A stretch of 64,000 nt of DNA from contig JBAZNJ010000001.1 in NCBI GenBank assembly GCA_041649315.1, forward strand, positions 69,869-133,868. The letters are read 5' to 3'. The translations under genes were made by a program, and so were the position numbers. The notes under the pieces were generated by a model. The model was not told where the DNA came from. It did not search any database and saw nothing but the letters and a program-made list of their open reading frames with translations. Positions 9,461 to 18,502 of the stretch are shown here, piece by piece (the stretch's first letter is position 1; each line of letters opens with the position of its first letter). The DNA comes from Patescibacteria group bacterium (GTDB lineage: Bacteria > Patescibacteriota > Patescibacteriia > Patescibacteriales > UBA12465).

Positions 9461-11032
9461 TTAAGCCGCTTCCAATAATTTTTTAATGATAATATTTTTA
9501 TGCTCAAGCGGGATTTTTTCAAAGGCCTGAGCTTTTTCTCTTTCGGTTCGGGCTTTAAGAGCTAATTCCTCTTGAATCAACTTAGCCAAACCGTTATTTG
9601 TAATTTTTTCTCTTTCGAGCTGTTCATGGGCAATAAGTAGATCTAAAAAGTTTAAATTTAATTTTTTTATATCAACCACTACCTTTTCGGCTAATTTCGG
9701 TTGATTATAGTTCAAAGCTAATTGATAAACACAGACAAGTTGATCCGCGCTCTGAGCAGCTACTTTATACATATCAAGAATAGTCCTATTCCGATTCCGT
9801 CGGCTCTGGCAATGTTTCACTACCCGACCAAGATGATTAAAATTATCTCCGGCCGCCCGACGCAAAGCTCCTTCCATCTTTTTCTTATTTTCCTTGCTCA
9901 GTAAGGAAAAAATGCGCTCCAGAGTTTCAAACCGGACGCCTGATTCAATAATCCGGCTAAAAAAATTACTAACTTCAAAGGGGCGATTTTTAGTAATCAA
10001 TTCGCAGGCTTCTTCGGCTTGGGTAGCTGTTTCAATCGTATTAATTAATTCAGTAAAGGCACGGCGAAATATTTTAGGAAATTCTCCCGACTTCAAACAA
10101 ACAATTCTCAACCAGGAAAAATCATAAGACGCGACATCCAGCATTTCTTCTAGACCGGCGGCCTTAGCTTCCGGATCCTGAATACGGCTCACGGAATTAT
10201 TAAGCTGGGAAAAAGTGCAATCATTGGCTTTAATATTTTTTATAACCAATGATTTCAATTTTTTATCTGATCCATATTGAACTAAGATTTCCAGCCAATC
10301 CTCAATCCCTAAAACCAATTTTTCAATCTTGGAAAACAGCATCATCTTTAATGCTGTCCTGGTCTTTTCGCTATAATAGGCATCAAACAGTTCTTGCTGT
10401 TTCAATTCATATTCGGCCGCGGCCCGGACGATTTCCCGGCGTAAAGGTGAGCCTGGGCGGGAACGACGATGCGTTCTTAAAAGTTGCGGGAAACTAACCG
10501 CAAACTTAAACATTTTTTTCAAACCTTTATTTTTATAAGTAGCCGGAATATTCGGCAAACCGATAAATTTTTCCGCGACGGAAAAATCATTTATTAAAGA
10601 AAAAACCTCCTCAATCTGGATTAATGTCGGTTCTAGCTCATAACTCAGAACTGATATCTTTTCTTCTAGGGTTTTTGCTTGACGACGCATGTCCGACAAA
10701 AATTTTCCCCGCATTTCTAGATAACCTTCAGCTAACTTATAGCCGGTTTGAAGATTCTGAAAGCTCTCAGCGCGACGATACATTTCGCTAAGCGCCATCT
10801 TTTTTATCGCTTCTGATGAATATTTATTCATCTCCAAAAACATTTTCCAACCCCAGAAATCCGGAGCAATCTTATTAAGATGCCCGTCTAATTCATTGCG
10901 ACGGCCAAGCGGCAAATAAAAATAAAGCTGGGCCAATTCTTCGCGGCTTATATATAATAAACCGAATATTTCTATCATCCAAAACCAAAAAATAGAATTT
11001 GTTTCTTGGCATGACCCCATTTCTTCGGACAC
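9461..11032 (-). pseudogene. IS-interrupted gene, distal part (all-alpha protein of unknown function); present ORF starts at a GTG inside the IS left inverted repeat
   Basis: The first 8 codons and two bases of the ninth (VSEEMGSCQ) are encoded by IS positions 11032-11007. From ETNSIFWFW onward the frame continues the N-terminal fragment at 12318-12215 exactly once the IS and one TCT copy are removed. Confidence 0.8.
11007..11032. repeat. IS left terminal inverted repeat
   Basis: tggcatgaccccatttcttcggacac is the exact reverse complement of 12189-12214. Confidence 0.95.
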
Positions 11033-11104
11033 GGTATTCCATATAAAGCGGTTAGGGATTAATATATAAAGAGACGAATTAATTAACTAAGCAGACCGCT
11101 AAAT

Positions 11105-11353
11105 ATGGCTAAGAAGATAGAACAAGAAATAAGAGATAAAATAGTCGAGAAAATAAAAAACGACGGGATGTCCGCCGCTAAAGCCGCCCAAGAATTCGGT
11201 ATTTCGACTAATACTATATACAATTGGCTGGGGAGAGGAAAAATCGGTTTCGATACTCTGGAAATCGGAAAGCTGAAGCGAGAAAACCAGCAATTAAAGA
11301 TGATCATTGCCGAATTGATGCTTGATTCGAGCAAGGGGAAAAAAAATCGCTAA
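11105..11353 (+). CDS. IS3-family transposase OrfA (HTH)
   Basis: MAKKIEQEIRDKIVEKIKNDGMSAAKAAQEFGISTNTIYNWL ... followed by a leucine-zipper-like LKRENQQLKMIIAEL. Confidence 0.85.
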   Translation: MAKKIEQEIRDKIVEKIKNDGMSAAKAAQEFGISTNTIYNWLGRGKIGFDTLEIGKLKRENQQLKMIIAELMLDSSKGKKNR

Positions 11354-12173
11354 AGCCAGAAAATTAGCGGTTGAGAGAAATGGGATGATTGATAAAAAGA
11401 AACTGGCTAGTAAACTAGGCATAGCCCGATCGACTCTGTATTATGAATCGAAAAAGAAAACCAGAGACGAAGAGATTAAAAAGGAGATTGTCGAAATGAT
11501 GGAATCTAATCCCGCCTATGGCTATAGGCGAGTGGCCATTGCTCTCAATATGAACGAGAAGCCAGTGGCGAGGATAATGAGAGATAATGGATTGAAACCG
11601 CGTTTGTGCCGTAGAAAATGGCAGAAGAAAGGTGATATTGGTCTGCCAGTTGCACAATATACTAATGAGATTAAGAAGATTGAGATACTAGAACCGAATA
11701 CTGTTTGGATAGCTGATTTCACCTATATAAAATATCGAACATCTTGGCTCTATCTGGCGACGGTGATGGATAGCTATACCGGAGAAGTAATCGGCTCGGC
11801 GATATCAAACAGACATAATCGATTTCTGGTTAAATCCGCCGCGCTTGATGCCATTAAAAAAAGAGGCCTCTTGCCTCAATACTTCCATACTGATCAGGGC
11901 TCTGAATATCAGAGCGAAGAACATGCTGACTTTCTCGCTAGATTAGGGGTAACTGTTTCAATGAGCAAGAAAGGATCTCCTTGGGAAAATGGCCACCAGG
12001 AATCGTTCTTCTCGCACTATAAACTGGAACTGGGGAATGTTAACAGATTTGAAAGCGAAGGAGAGTTGATTGCTAATATTTATAATCAGATATATTATTT
12101 TAATAACGTAAGGATTAAGACGAAACTCAGGATGGCCCCAGCCAAGTTTTACGAACTGACCGCCAAAGGTTGA
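11322..12173 (+). CDS. IS3-family transposase OrfB (integrase core, DDE)
   Basis: WIADFTYIKY ... HTDQGSEYQS ... GSPWENGHQESFFSHYKLE is the rve domain pattern. The frame is +1 relative to orfA. An internal ATG lies at 11385. Confidence 0.85.
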   Translation: MIRARGKKIAKARKLAVERNGMIDKKKLASKLGIARSTLYYESKKKTRDEEIKKEIVEMMESNPAYGYRRVAIALNMNEKPVARIMRDNGLKPRLCRRKWQKKGDIGLPVAQYTNEIKKIEILEPNTVWIADFTYIKYRTSWLYLATVMDSYTGEVIGSAISNRHNRFLVKSAALDAIKKRGLLPQYFHTDQGSEYQSEEHADFLARLGVTVSMSKKGSPWENGHQESFFSHYKLELGNVNRFESEGELIANIYNQIYYFNNVRIKTKLRMAPAKFYELTAKG

Positions 12174-12188
12174 TTTATGTGGACAAGC

Positions 12189-12214
12189 GTGTCCGAAGAA
12201 ATGGGGTCATGCCA
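12189..12214. repeat. IS right terminal inverted repeat
   Basis: gtgtccgaagaaatggggtcatgcca is the exact reverse complement of 11007-11032. Confidence 0.95.
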
Positions 12215-12318
12215 TCTATTATTTTAGCTTCGTTAGCATCGCGACCGTTTAATATTTTCACGAGGCCCTTACTTAAGCCTAAATTCATCCTGATCTTAAA
12301 GTTCATTGTTGTTTCCAT
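12215..12318 (-). pseudogene. N-terminal 34 codons of the IS-interrupted gene
   Basis: ATG at 12318-12316. It reads METTMNFKIRMNLGLSKGLVKILNGRDANEAKII plus 'ga'. After IS removal it joins in frame to ETNSIFWFW at 11005 and downward. Confidence 0.75.
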
Positions 12319-12658
12319 GATATATATTTTTTGGTTATTATTTAATTTTTAATTTACGTTTATTGATAAAATCTAGCGGTTAAAGAGCTAATTACCCTTT
12401 TAAAACCCTAAAAAAGAGCTCGCTAAAATTATCAATAAGGTTCATTTTAAATTATCATTATCCTCTTAATTTGTCAACGACGCTGGCGGATTTGCTGGTG
12501 GATTTTAAATATGGTATTTGCAAATTCGAACGCATAAAAACAGGGTGCCAAAAACCCTGTTTTACTAAATATTTTATCTAAATTTTAGTTTTTTTATTAA
12601 TCAAATACCAAAATCAGCCAAGCCGGGCCTAAATTGAACAAAAAATTAAACAGTCGTT

Positions 12659-12817
12659 TTAGAATTTAGGAATCAAATCAAAGACCGCGAGAAAAAAAGC
12701 GCTGGCCACGACTAGCCCGGCAATAAAACCGGCGAAAGAGGAAGCGATCATCTTCCCGATTCGCCATTTAAAATTCCGCTCCTCGTTAACCACCAATTCT
12801 TTTAAGACCTTGCTCAT
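12659..12817 (-). CDS. 52-aa tail-anchored small membrane protein (paralog 1)
   Basis: MSKVLKELVVNEERNFKWRIGKMIASSFAGFIAGLVVASAFFLAVFDLIPKF. It is below the ORF-track size cutoff. By hand alignment it shares 29/52 identities with the ORF at 13380-13538. Confidence 0.6.
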   Translation of the reverse strand: MSKVLKELVVNEERNFKWRIGKMIASSFAGFIAGLVVASAFFLAVFDLIPKF

Positions 12818-12905
12818 ATTTTTAAAATTAATAAAGCTAATTTAATTTTAGCATTTTAACCGGTTAGCGGTCAATAATCACATTTTCGGACTATTTAACG
12901 CCTGA

Positions 12906-12934
12906 TTGACAAAAAATCTTTTCCGCCGTAATAT
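12906..12934 (+). promoter_or_regulatory. sigma-70-type promoter candidate
   Basis: TTGACA (12906-12911), a 17-nt spacer, then TAATAT (12929-12934). It lies about 30 nt upstream of the ATG at 12963. Confidence 0.5.
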
Positions 12935-12962
12935 ATGGCAAAGAACCTTAAAAATTAAGAAA

Positions 12963-13319
12963 ATGAAAAATAAAGAAGTAATACGGGGGACTATAATCGC
13001 CCTCATTTTCCTAACTCTAATTTCCTGGGTAATACCAATAGTCGGACCTTCAATTTTATCTTATTTTTCCGGAAAAAACGCCTACCGGAACCGCAAATTG
13101 TATGGGCTTAAAGCCCAACATATAATAGTGGCCGTAACCTTAGGTAATGTTATCGCCTTAGCTATAATTGGCCTAATCATATTAAACGGAATTAAAATCG
13201 AGATTGATTTTATTATGAAAATGACCTCACTATTCTTCATAATATTATCATTGTTGTTTCCATTTATAACTTACGTTTTGGGGGAATGCTCACTCCCGCC
13301 GAAAAAAGAAAATAGCTAA
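12963..13319 (+). CDS. small polytopic membrane protein, hypothetical
   Basis: ORF 12906..13319. The track start is the TTG of the -35 box, so the likely true start is MKNKEVIRGTIIALIFL at 12963. It has 3-4 hydrophobic helices. Confidence 0.5.
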   Translation: MKNKEVIRGTIIALIFLTLISWVIPIVGPSILSYFSGKNAYRNRKLYGLKAQHIIVAVTLGNVIALAIIGLIILNGIKIEIDFIMKMTSLFFIILSLLFPFITYVLGECSLPPKKENS

Positions 13320-13330
13320 AAAAATAAAAA

Positions 13331-13355
13331 AAGCGGTTTTTAAAAACCGCTTTTT
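13331..13355 (+). terminator. rho-independent terminator (bidirectional)
   Basis: gcggtt (13333-13338) pairs with aaccgc (13445-13450 would be wrong; correct span 13345-13350). An A-run precedes the hairpin and a T-run follows it. Confidence 0.6.
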
Positions 13356-13379
13356 CATTAGCTGATTTTCTGCTTAATC

Positions 13380-13538
13380 CTATTGTTTCATGGCAATATC
13401 AAAAACTACTAAAAAAAATACGGCGGCCACCAAAAAACCGGCGATAAATCCAGATAAAGACGAAGCGTTTATTACCCCGATTTTCCATTTATAATTCTTC
13501 TTTTCGTTGGACACGAACTCTTCTCCAATCTTTGACAT
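13380..13538 (-). CDS. 52-aa tail-anchored small membrane protein (paralog 2)
   Basis: MSKIGEEFVSNEKKNYKWKIGVINASSLSGFIAGFLVAAVFFLVVFDIAMKQ. It has the same length and architecture as the ORF at 12659-12817. Confidence 0.6.
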   Translation of the reverse strand: MSKIGEEFVSNEKKNYKWKIGVINASSLSGFIAGFLVAAVFFLVVFDIAMKQ

Positions 13539-13668
13539 AGATTTTAATTAATTTTATTAAGTACTTACATTTTAACATTTTTATGATTTTTAGGCAAATA
13601 AATAGCTCTTATATAATGCTCATCTTTTTAATACACAAAAACCAGGTGAACCCTGGTTTCTTTACATG

Positions 13669-13739
13669 CACGGGATGAGGGAATCGAACCCCCGCCAACG
13701 GTTTTGGAGACCGTCGTACTACCACTATACGAATCCCGC
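13669..13739 (-). tRNA. tRNA-Trp (anticodon CCA)
   Basis: The reverse complement reads GCGGGAT TC GTAT..., ACGGT-CTCCAAA-ACCGT, GGGGGTTCGATTCCCTC and ATCCCGT-G. Terminator hairpins flank it on both sides. Confidence 0.85.
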
Positions 13740-13794
13740 AAAAATACTCCGAATCGGAGTATTAATGTTAAAAAATAATCCGCTGTTTTAAAAT

Positions 13795-14988
13795 TTACTT
13801 CCCGATTTTTTTTCTTAAATCCTTTCTTTCCTCAAACTCTTCTATATCTTCCTTAATTTCTTTTAATTCTTTCTTTGCTTCTTTCCATTCTTTCGCGCTC
13901 TCTTTTTTCTTATTATCACAATCGGGCATTTCCAAAGTATCGCAAAATTCTAACTCATAAAGATGAAAAACCGTAACCGCCAAAGCGACAATGAGCGGCC
14001 CTAAAATTACCCCCCAGAAGCCGAAAAGCATTATTCCGCCTAAGATAGAGAAAAGCACAAAAATCGGATTAACCTCGGCTCGATCTTTAATCATATAAGC
14101 GCGGATGATGTTATCAGTTGTTCCGATAATCAGGAAGCCCCAAAGTAGAATAAAAATCCCCTGCCAAACATTTCCGGCTAAAAGATAATAGAGGCCGACC
14201 GGGAAATAAAAAATCATTGAACCGACATAAGGAATAAGAGAGAGTAAGGCGATTATAATTCCGGCTAAGAGCGCCGGAAAACCGACAATTGCGAAACCAA
14301 GCGCCCCGACCAGGCCTTGGGCGGCGGCGGCCACAAAAGTTGAAATAAAAATCGTATAACTCACCGAGCGAAATTTCCGGAACAATTCATTGTCATACTG
14401 GTTCGGCAAAGGCGAAAGATACATCAGGCGTTCTAATATTTTAGGCCCATCAACAAAGAAAAAGAACATGGTTAAAATTATAAATACTAAAGAAATTATA
14501 AAATTCGTTGTTCCTTTAACAAAAATCGTTGCCCCGGAAATCAACCAATTGCTTGATTTTTGTAAAACGCTCAAAGCTGTTTCCTTAAAAGCGTCATTAT
14601 TAAAATCATACTTACCAAGGTTCAGATGCCGCAAAGGACCATCAGCAAAAAAATCCTTTTGGAAAAAATCATTAACACTATTATTATTAAAAAATTCCAC
14701 GGCTGAATTATAAGCGGTAATTGATTTACTTCCGCCGTAAATTAATAAACGGGTAAGCGGTACGATAATCAGAGCCACTAATAATAAACACATCAAAATC
14801 GCCGCCAAATTACGGCGGCCTCTTAAAAATTTAGTGAACCAGGTAAACGGCGTATAAAAGACCGAGACCAGAAGAGCCGCGATCAGAATCTCCACCAAGA
14901 AAGGTTTTAACAATAAGTAAGAACCGGCAATCACCAGGAGCACGAGAATAAGCAAGAACGGTTTAGTTAAACTTTTTGGCTTAGGCAT
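13795..14988 (-). CDS. AI-2E family transporter (PerM/UPF0118)
   Basis: Eight-TM-like profile. It contains IPYVGSMIFYFPVGLYYLLAGNVWQGIFILLWGFLIIGTTDNIIRAYMI, typical of the family, and has a charged C-terminal tail. Confidence 0.75.
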   Translation of the reverse strand: MPKPKSLTKPFLLILVLLVIAGSYLLLKPFLVEILIAALLVSVFYTPFTWFTKFLRGRRNLAAILMCLLLVALIIVPLTRLLIYGGSKSITAYNSAVEFFNNNSVNDFFQKDFFADGPLRHLNLGKYDFNNDAFKETALSVLQKSSNWLISGATIFVKGTTNFIISLVFIILTMFFFFVDGPKILERLMYLSPLPNQYDNELFRKFRSVSYTIFISTFVAAAAQGLVGALGFAIVGFPALLAGIIIALLSLIPYVGSMIFYFPVGLYYLLAGNVWQGIFILLWGFLIIGTTDNIIRAYMIKDRAEVNPIFVLFSILGGIMLFGFWGVILGPLIVALAVTVFHLYELEFCDTLEMPDCDNKKKESAKEWKEAKKELKEIKEDIEEFEERKDLRKKIGK

Positions 14989-15080
14989 AAATTTATAGCC
15001 GTCCGGACGGACCGGCGTTAAAGGGGCTTATCTGAAAACTTTTTAAATATTAAACGACCGCCCCTTAAATAGCTTAAAGT

Positions 15081-15236
15081 TTATTTAATTTCCTTATGAA
15101 GTGTGTGTTTTTTACATTTCCGGCAATATTTCTTCATTTCCAAACGATCTTTAAGAAGTTTTTTATTCTTGCGTGAATGGTAGTTAGTCGTCTTGCAAAC
15201 CGTGCATTCCAGCTTAATCATGTTGTCTTGTGACAT
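15081..15236 (-). CDS. rpmG: 50S ribosomal protein L33
   Basis: Hand translation gives [51 protein letters not shown], with the CxxC...CxxC L33 pattern. At 51 aa it is absent from the ORF track. Confidence 0.9.
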   Translation of the reverse strand: MSQDNMIKLECTVCKTTNYHSRKNKKLLKDRLEMKKYCRKCKKHTLHKEIK

Positions 15237-15372
15237 ATTCGTTTTACTTTAAATTAATTATCCCAATACCGGGGGCTAAATCAGGCTCCGGGCCAATGGC
15301 CTTAAGACCGACCGCTATTTTAACAATATAAAAAAATCCATTAAAAGTCAACTGGCAAAGCTGTTTTTTCCT

Positions 15373-16329
15373 CTATTTTTGGCAATATCGGCAATAATGC
15401 GTTCCCCGGCCGGCGAGCTTGATTTTGCTTATCGCTTTACCACAGGCCGGACAAGCCGCGCCGCCCCGGCCATAGACTTTAAGCCGGCGGGAAAAATTCC
15501 CTTTTTTACCACGAGAATCGCGATAATTATTAAAAGTCGTGCCACGGGCCTTAATCGCCTGCTTAAGTATTCGCTTAATCGTCTGATAAAGCTTTTTAAC
15601 TTCTGCCGCGCTTAAAGAATTTGCCGAACGATTCGGACGCAAACGCGCCGCCCATAAGGACTCATCCGCATAAATATTCCCCAGGCCGGCTAAAGTTTTC
15701 TGGTCAAGCAGAACAGCTTTTATTTTGTTTTTTCTTTTACTTAACATCAGTCGGAAAGCCGCCAAAGAAAAATCCGGGCTTAAAGGTTCGGGACCGTAAC
15801 CGGCCGCTAAGATTTTTCCCAGCGCCGCCTTATCCACTAATTTAAGATAGCCGAATTTTCTTAAATCATTAAAAAAGAGTCGACCGCCGCCGAAAAAATC
15901 AAAGATTGCCCGAGTATGTTTATTCGGATAGATTTCGGATTTTAATTCTTTATCCGACTCTGAATTATCACTATGACCGCCAATAATGGGCCGCCCGACA
16001 TCGGCCGAGAAATAAATCAGCTGGCCGGTCATCTTTAGATGGATTAAAAGATAGTTAAAACCGGATTTTTCCGGAGTTAAATTAAAAATCAGCAATTTCC
16101 CTCGCCGATCTATTGAGCTAATTTGTCGGCTAGCTAAATTTTTTGCGAAAAAAACCGCGGGTGAAGCGGCTGTTTTTAGAACTGAATTTTTAGTCGAATC
16201 CGAAACGGCTGCAACGGAAGTGATGGAAACCATTTTTGGCTCCAAGATATCCACGGACTTAATCTTTTTTCCGACAAGCACCGCCGCCAAATCGCGCCGG
16301 ATGGTCTCGACTTCCGGTAATTCCGGCAT
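15373..16329 (-). CDS. mutM: formamidopyrimidine-DNA glycosylase
   Basis: N-terminal MPELPEVETIRRDL. H2TH motif LLDQKTLAGLGNIYADESLWAARL. C-terminal zinc finger CPACGKAISKIKLAGRGTHYCRYCQ. It appears to carry internal insertions relative to typical ~270-aa Fpg proteins. Confidence 0.9.
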   Translation of the reverse strand: MPELPEVETIRRDLAAVLVGKKIKSVDILEPKMVSITSVAAVSDSTKNSVLKTAASPAVFFAKNLASRQISSIDRRGKLLIFNLTPEKSGFNYLLIHLKMTGQLIYFSADVGRPIIGGHSDNSESDKELKSEIYPNKHTRAIFDFFGGGRLFFNDLRKFGYLKLVDKAALGKILAAGYGPEPLSPDFSLAAFRLMLSKRKNKIKAVLLDQKTLAGLGNIYADESLWAARLRPNRSANSLSAAEVKKLYQTIKRILKQAIKARGTTFNNYRDSRGKKGNFSRRLKVYGRGGAACPACGKAISKIKLAGRGTHYCRYCQK

Positions 16330-16454
16330 ACTAAAAGGAAAGTAAGGCGATAATGATTATCGTTAAAGCGATAAGCTCAATCGCGAAAATTTTTATGAGA
16401 TCCGTACCGATCCGATCCGGATTAATTAAAGGTTTGAAAGCCATAAATTTAAGG

Positions 16455-16538
16455 TGGGCCGAGTAGGATTCGAACCTACGAAGGCGCAAGGCCAGCAGAT
16501 TTACAGTCTGCCCCAGTTGACCGCTTTGGTATCGACCC
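16455..16538 (-). tRNA. tRNA-Tyr (anticodon GUA)
   Basis: The reverse complement reads GGGTCGATACCAAAGCGG ... GCAGA-CTGTAAA-TCTGC, then a long variable arm, TAGGTTCGAATCCTA and TCGGCCC-A. Confidence 0.9.
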
Positions 16539-16659
16539 TTAAACGTTCGCGGCCCCTTGGCCGCGAAAAATAGATAACGGATTTTCAATACTTTCTTTCC
16601 GCCTTCCTATAATAAAGAAAAATAAAATCGCTGTCAAACCGCCGCTAACAAAACCCTGA

Positions 16660-17046
16660 CTAACCTTTCTGTAAAGTATTAATCAAGAGACTCGTGGCCG
16701 CATAAGCCATAAAAATCACCGCCAAGCCGATGGCCGACCAGATAATAATATCCTTCCCTTTCTTAACTTTCTCCTGGTTGCCCGAAGAAAGCATCCAGGT
16801 GAGGCCGCCATAGACGAACATTAAAAGCGCCAAAGAACCGACCACGCCGAGAATAGAGTTAATCACCCGGCCAATCAAAACTTGCGGCGAATCAACCGTC
16901 GCACCGAGGGGGTTGCAAAGAGTTAAGGATCCGGGGCCGCAATTGGTGTTGGTATTTGCGTCGGACGCGGTTTTTTCGCTTTGCGCGCCAACCGCACTAG
17001 CCAGTAAAATTCCTAAAAAAACAAAAATAATTAGATATTTTTTCAT
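16660..17046 (-). CDS. TrbC/VirB2-like pilin-family small membrane protein
   Basis: Signal peptide MKKYLIIFVFLGILLASAVGAQS, a Cys pair in the mature N-terminus, and two TM helices separated by SSGNQEKVKKGKD. This architecture is common in CPR T4SS-pilin-like paralogs. Confidence 0.5.
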   Translation of the reverse strand: MKKYLIIFVFLGILLASAVGAQSEKTASDANTNTNCGPGSLTLCNPLGATVDSPQVLIGRVINSILGVVGSLALLMFVYGGLTWMLSSGNQEKVKKGKDIIIWSAIGLAVIFMAYAATSLLINTLQKG

Positions 17047-17143
17047 AAATTTATTGATGTTTATATTATACCACAGAAAATAAAAAATAAAAAAGGGGCG
17101 ATTTTTAAAATCGTCCCTCTTAAACTATGTTTTAAATTTACCG

Positions 17144-18478
17144 CTAAGTGGCTACCTGTCTAATAATTAAAACGGGTTTCTCGTTGTGTAAATTTTTTAT
17201 TTTGAATTCGTAAAGGTTTGGCCATTTTCCTGGCTCCCAGGAATTAGCTACGGTTCCATCCCGATAAATCAGGGAGAATCTGGCTTTTTGGCCTCGATCA
17301 AAGTCGTAAGAACAACCATTAGGAATTTTATTCCATTGACTTTCCTCCCCCTCTTTAAGATCAATCAAATGCACTCCCGGCTGACGGACAATCACCTGAT
17401 TCTGAGCGGCGATTGAATCAGCCCCTCTTTGAAAACGGGCCCGGTGCAAAGAATCAAGAGCGGCTTGGTGCTTTTGATTTTCAGCTTCAGCTAATTCTCT
17501 TGGCGTAACCAATTGAATTAAATCAGCTTCAACCCAGCATTTCAATCCTTTAACAAAAGAGTTGTTATTTCTAGGCAGTTGAATTTGAATAAAACCTTGG
17601 CCTTGAAAATGTTTGACCTCTTCTTTGTGGTTAAAAATTTTTACCACTGTGTTATGAGAAATATAAACATTAGTATCTCTCAGGTCCAAGATCTCCGCTT
17701 CAACGCTTTCTATGCTACGACCCTTTTTTCTCAACTTTCGTTTTTCTTTTCTTGTTTCCACCTTCTTAAAGCTGGCAATATAAGCAACCGGGATATCCTT
17801 TATAGCATGCCCATAAGTAACCGCTGCTTCTGCTTCGTTATTAATACTCCCTCTGTCCTTCCAGGTTATAGCTACTTCTCCCCAAGAAGATACATATCTT
17901 GTCGTAGATCTAAAGCTATCCGGACAAAAATGTTTCCAGCCTAATGTTAGACACATAATAATCACCATAGGGAAGATTATCTTATCCAACACATTAATTT
18001 TAACCGACATTCCCAAGAGAACAAACCATAACAAGACGGCTCCAAACAAAAATTTAAATGAAATTATGTCCGGATATAACAGGCTGATAAATCCGATAAG
18101 GGCAACCCAAGAAACTAAAACTTTCAATCCCTTAGGGACTACCGCGGAACTTACTCTAAATGTTCTTAAAACAATTCCGGCTGGCAACCAGGTTAGCAAT
18201 AATGCAGATAAGGCGACCACAAAAGCAAAGGCTGTAAAACCGGGGGCATTGATAATTAGAGATGAGATCATTAATACCAATGATGACAAAGTTAGATAGA
18301 CTATTATTCTAACATAGATACCCGCCCCGCCTAAAAAAGCACGCCAAACGACCGGAAAATAACGGGCAATGGCTCTGGGAATAGCACGAAGTTGATTAAC
18401 TATCCAAGTCCTGAAAGCCCTCCAGAAAATCAACATTCCTAAGAAGGCTAAAACAATAATTACAATAATAAAATTCAT
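17144..18478 (-). CDS. polytopic membrane protein with C-terminal soluble domain, hypothetical
   Basis: ORF 17144..18493. The likely start is ATG at 18478 (MNFIIVIIVLAFL), preceded by GGAGGAAAG. It has about 6 TM helices followed by a ~230-aa soluble region. Confidence 0.5.
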   Translation of the reverse strand: MNFIIVIIVLAFLGMLIFWRAFRTWIVNQLRAIPRAIARYFPVVWRAFLGGAGIYVRIIVYLTLSSLVLMISSLIINAPGFTAFAFVVALSALLLTWLPAGIVLRTFRVSSAVVPKGLKVLVSWVALIGFISLLYPDIISFKFLFGAVLLWFVLLGMSVKINVLDKIIFPMVIIMCLTLGWKHFCPDSFRSTTRYVSSWGEVAITWKDRGSINNEAEAAVTYGHAIKDIPVAYIASFKKVETRKEKRKLRKKGRSIESVEAEILDLRDTNVYISHNTVVKIFNHKEEVKHFQGQGFIQIQLPRNNNSFVKGLKCWVEADLIQLVTPRELAEAENQKHQAALDSLHRARFQRGADSIAAQNQVIVRQPGVHLIDLKEGEESQWNKIPNGCSYDFDRGQKARFSLIYRDGTVANSWEPGKWPNLYEFKIKNLHNEKPVLIIRQVAT

Positions 18479-18502
18479 TTTTCTTTCCTCCAATTTTTTA
18501 CG

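Larger units (their letters stand above)
11007..12214 (+). mobile_element. IS3-family insertion sequence (1208 bp)
   Basis: Ends are TG...CA. The 26-bp perfect terminal inverted repeats extend imperfectly to about 41 bp. It has a 3-bp direct target duplication, TCT (11004-11006 and 12215-12217). It carries an orfA (HTH) and an orfB (rve/DDE) that overlap at an A8 run. Confidence 0.9.

Noticed and set aside
11083-11334. Two minus-strand ORFs (83 and 64 aa) inside the IS
   Set aside because: They are antisense to the well-supported transposase orfA, with hydrophobic low-complexity translations. They are most likely spurious.
16331-16588. 85-aa minus-strand ORF
   Set aside because: It is entirely explained by tRNA-Tyr(GUA) at 16455-16538 and its flanks.
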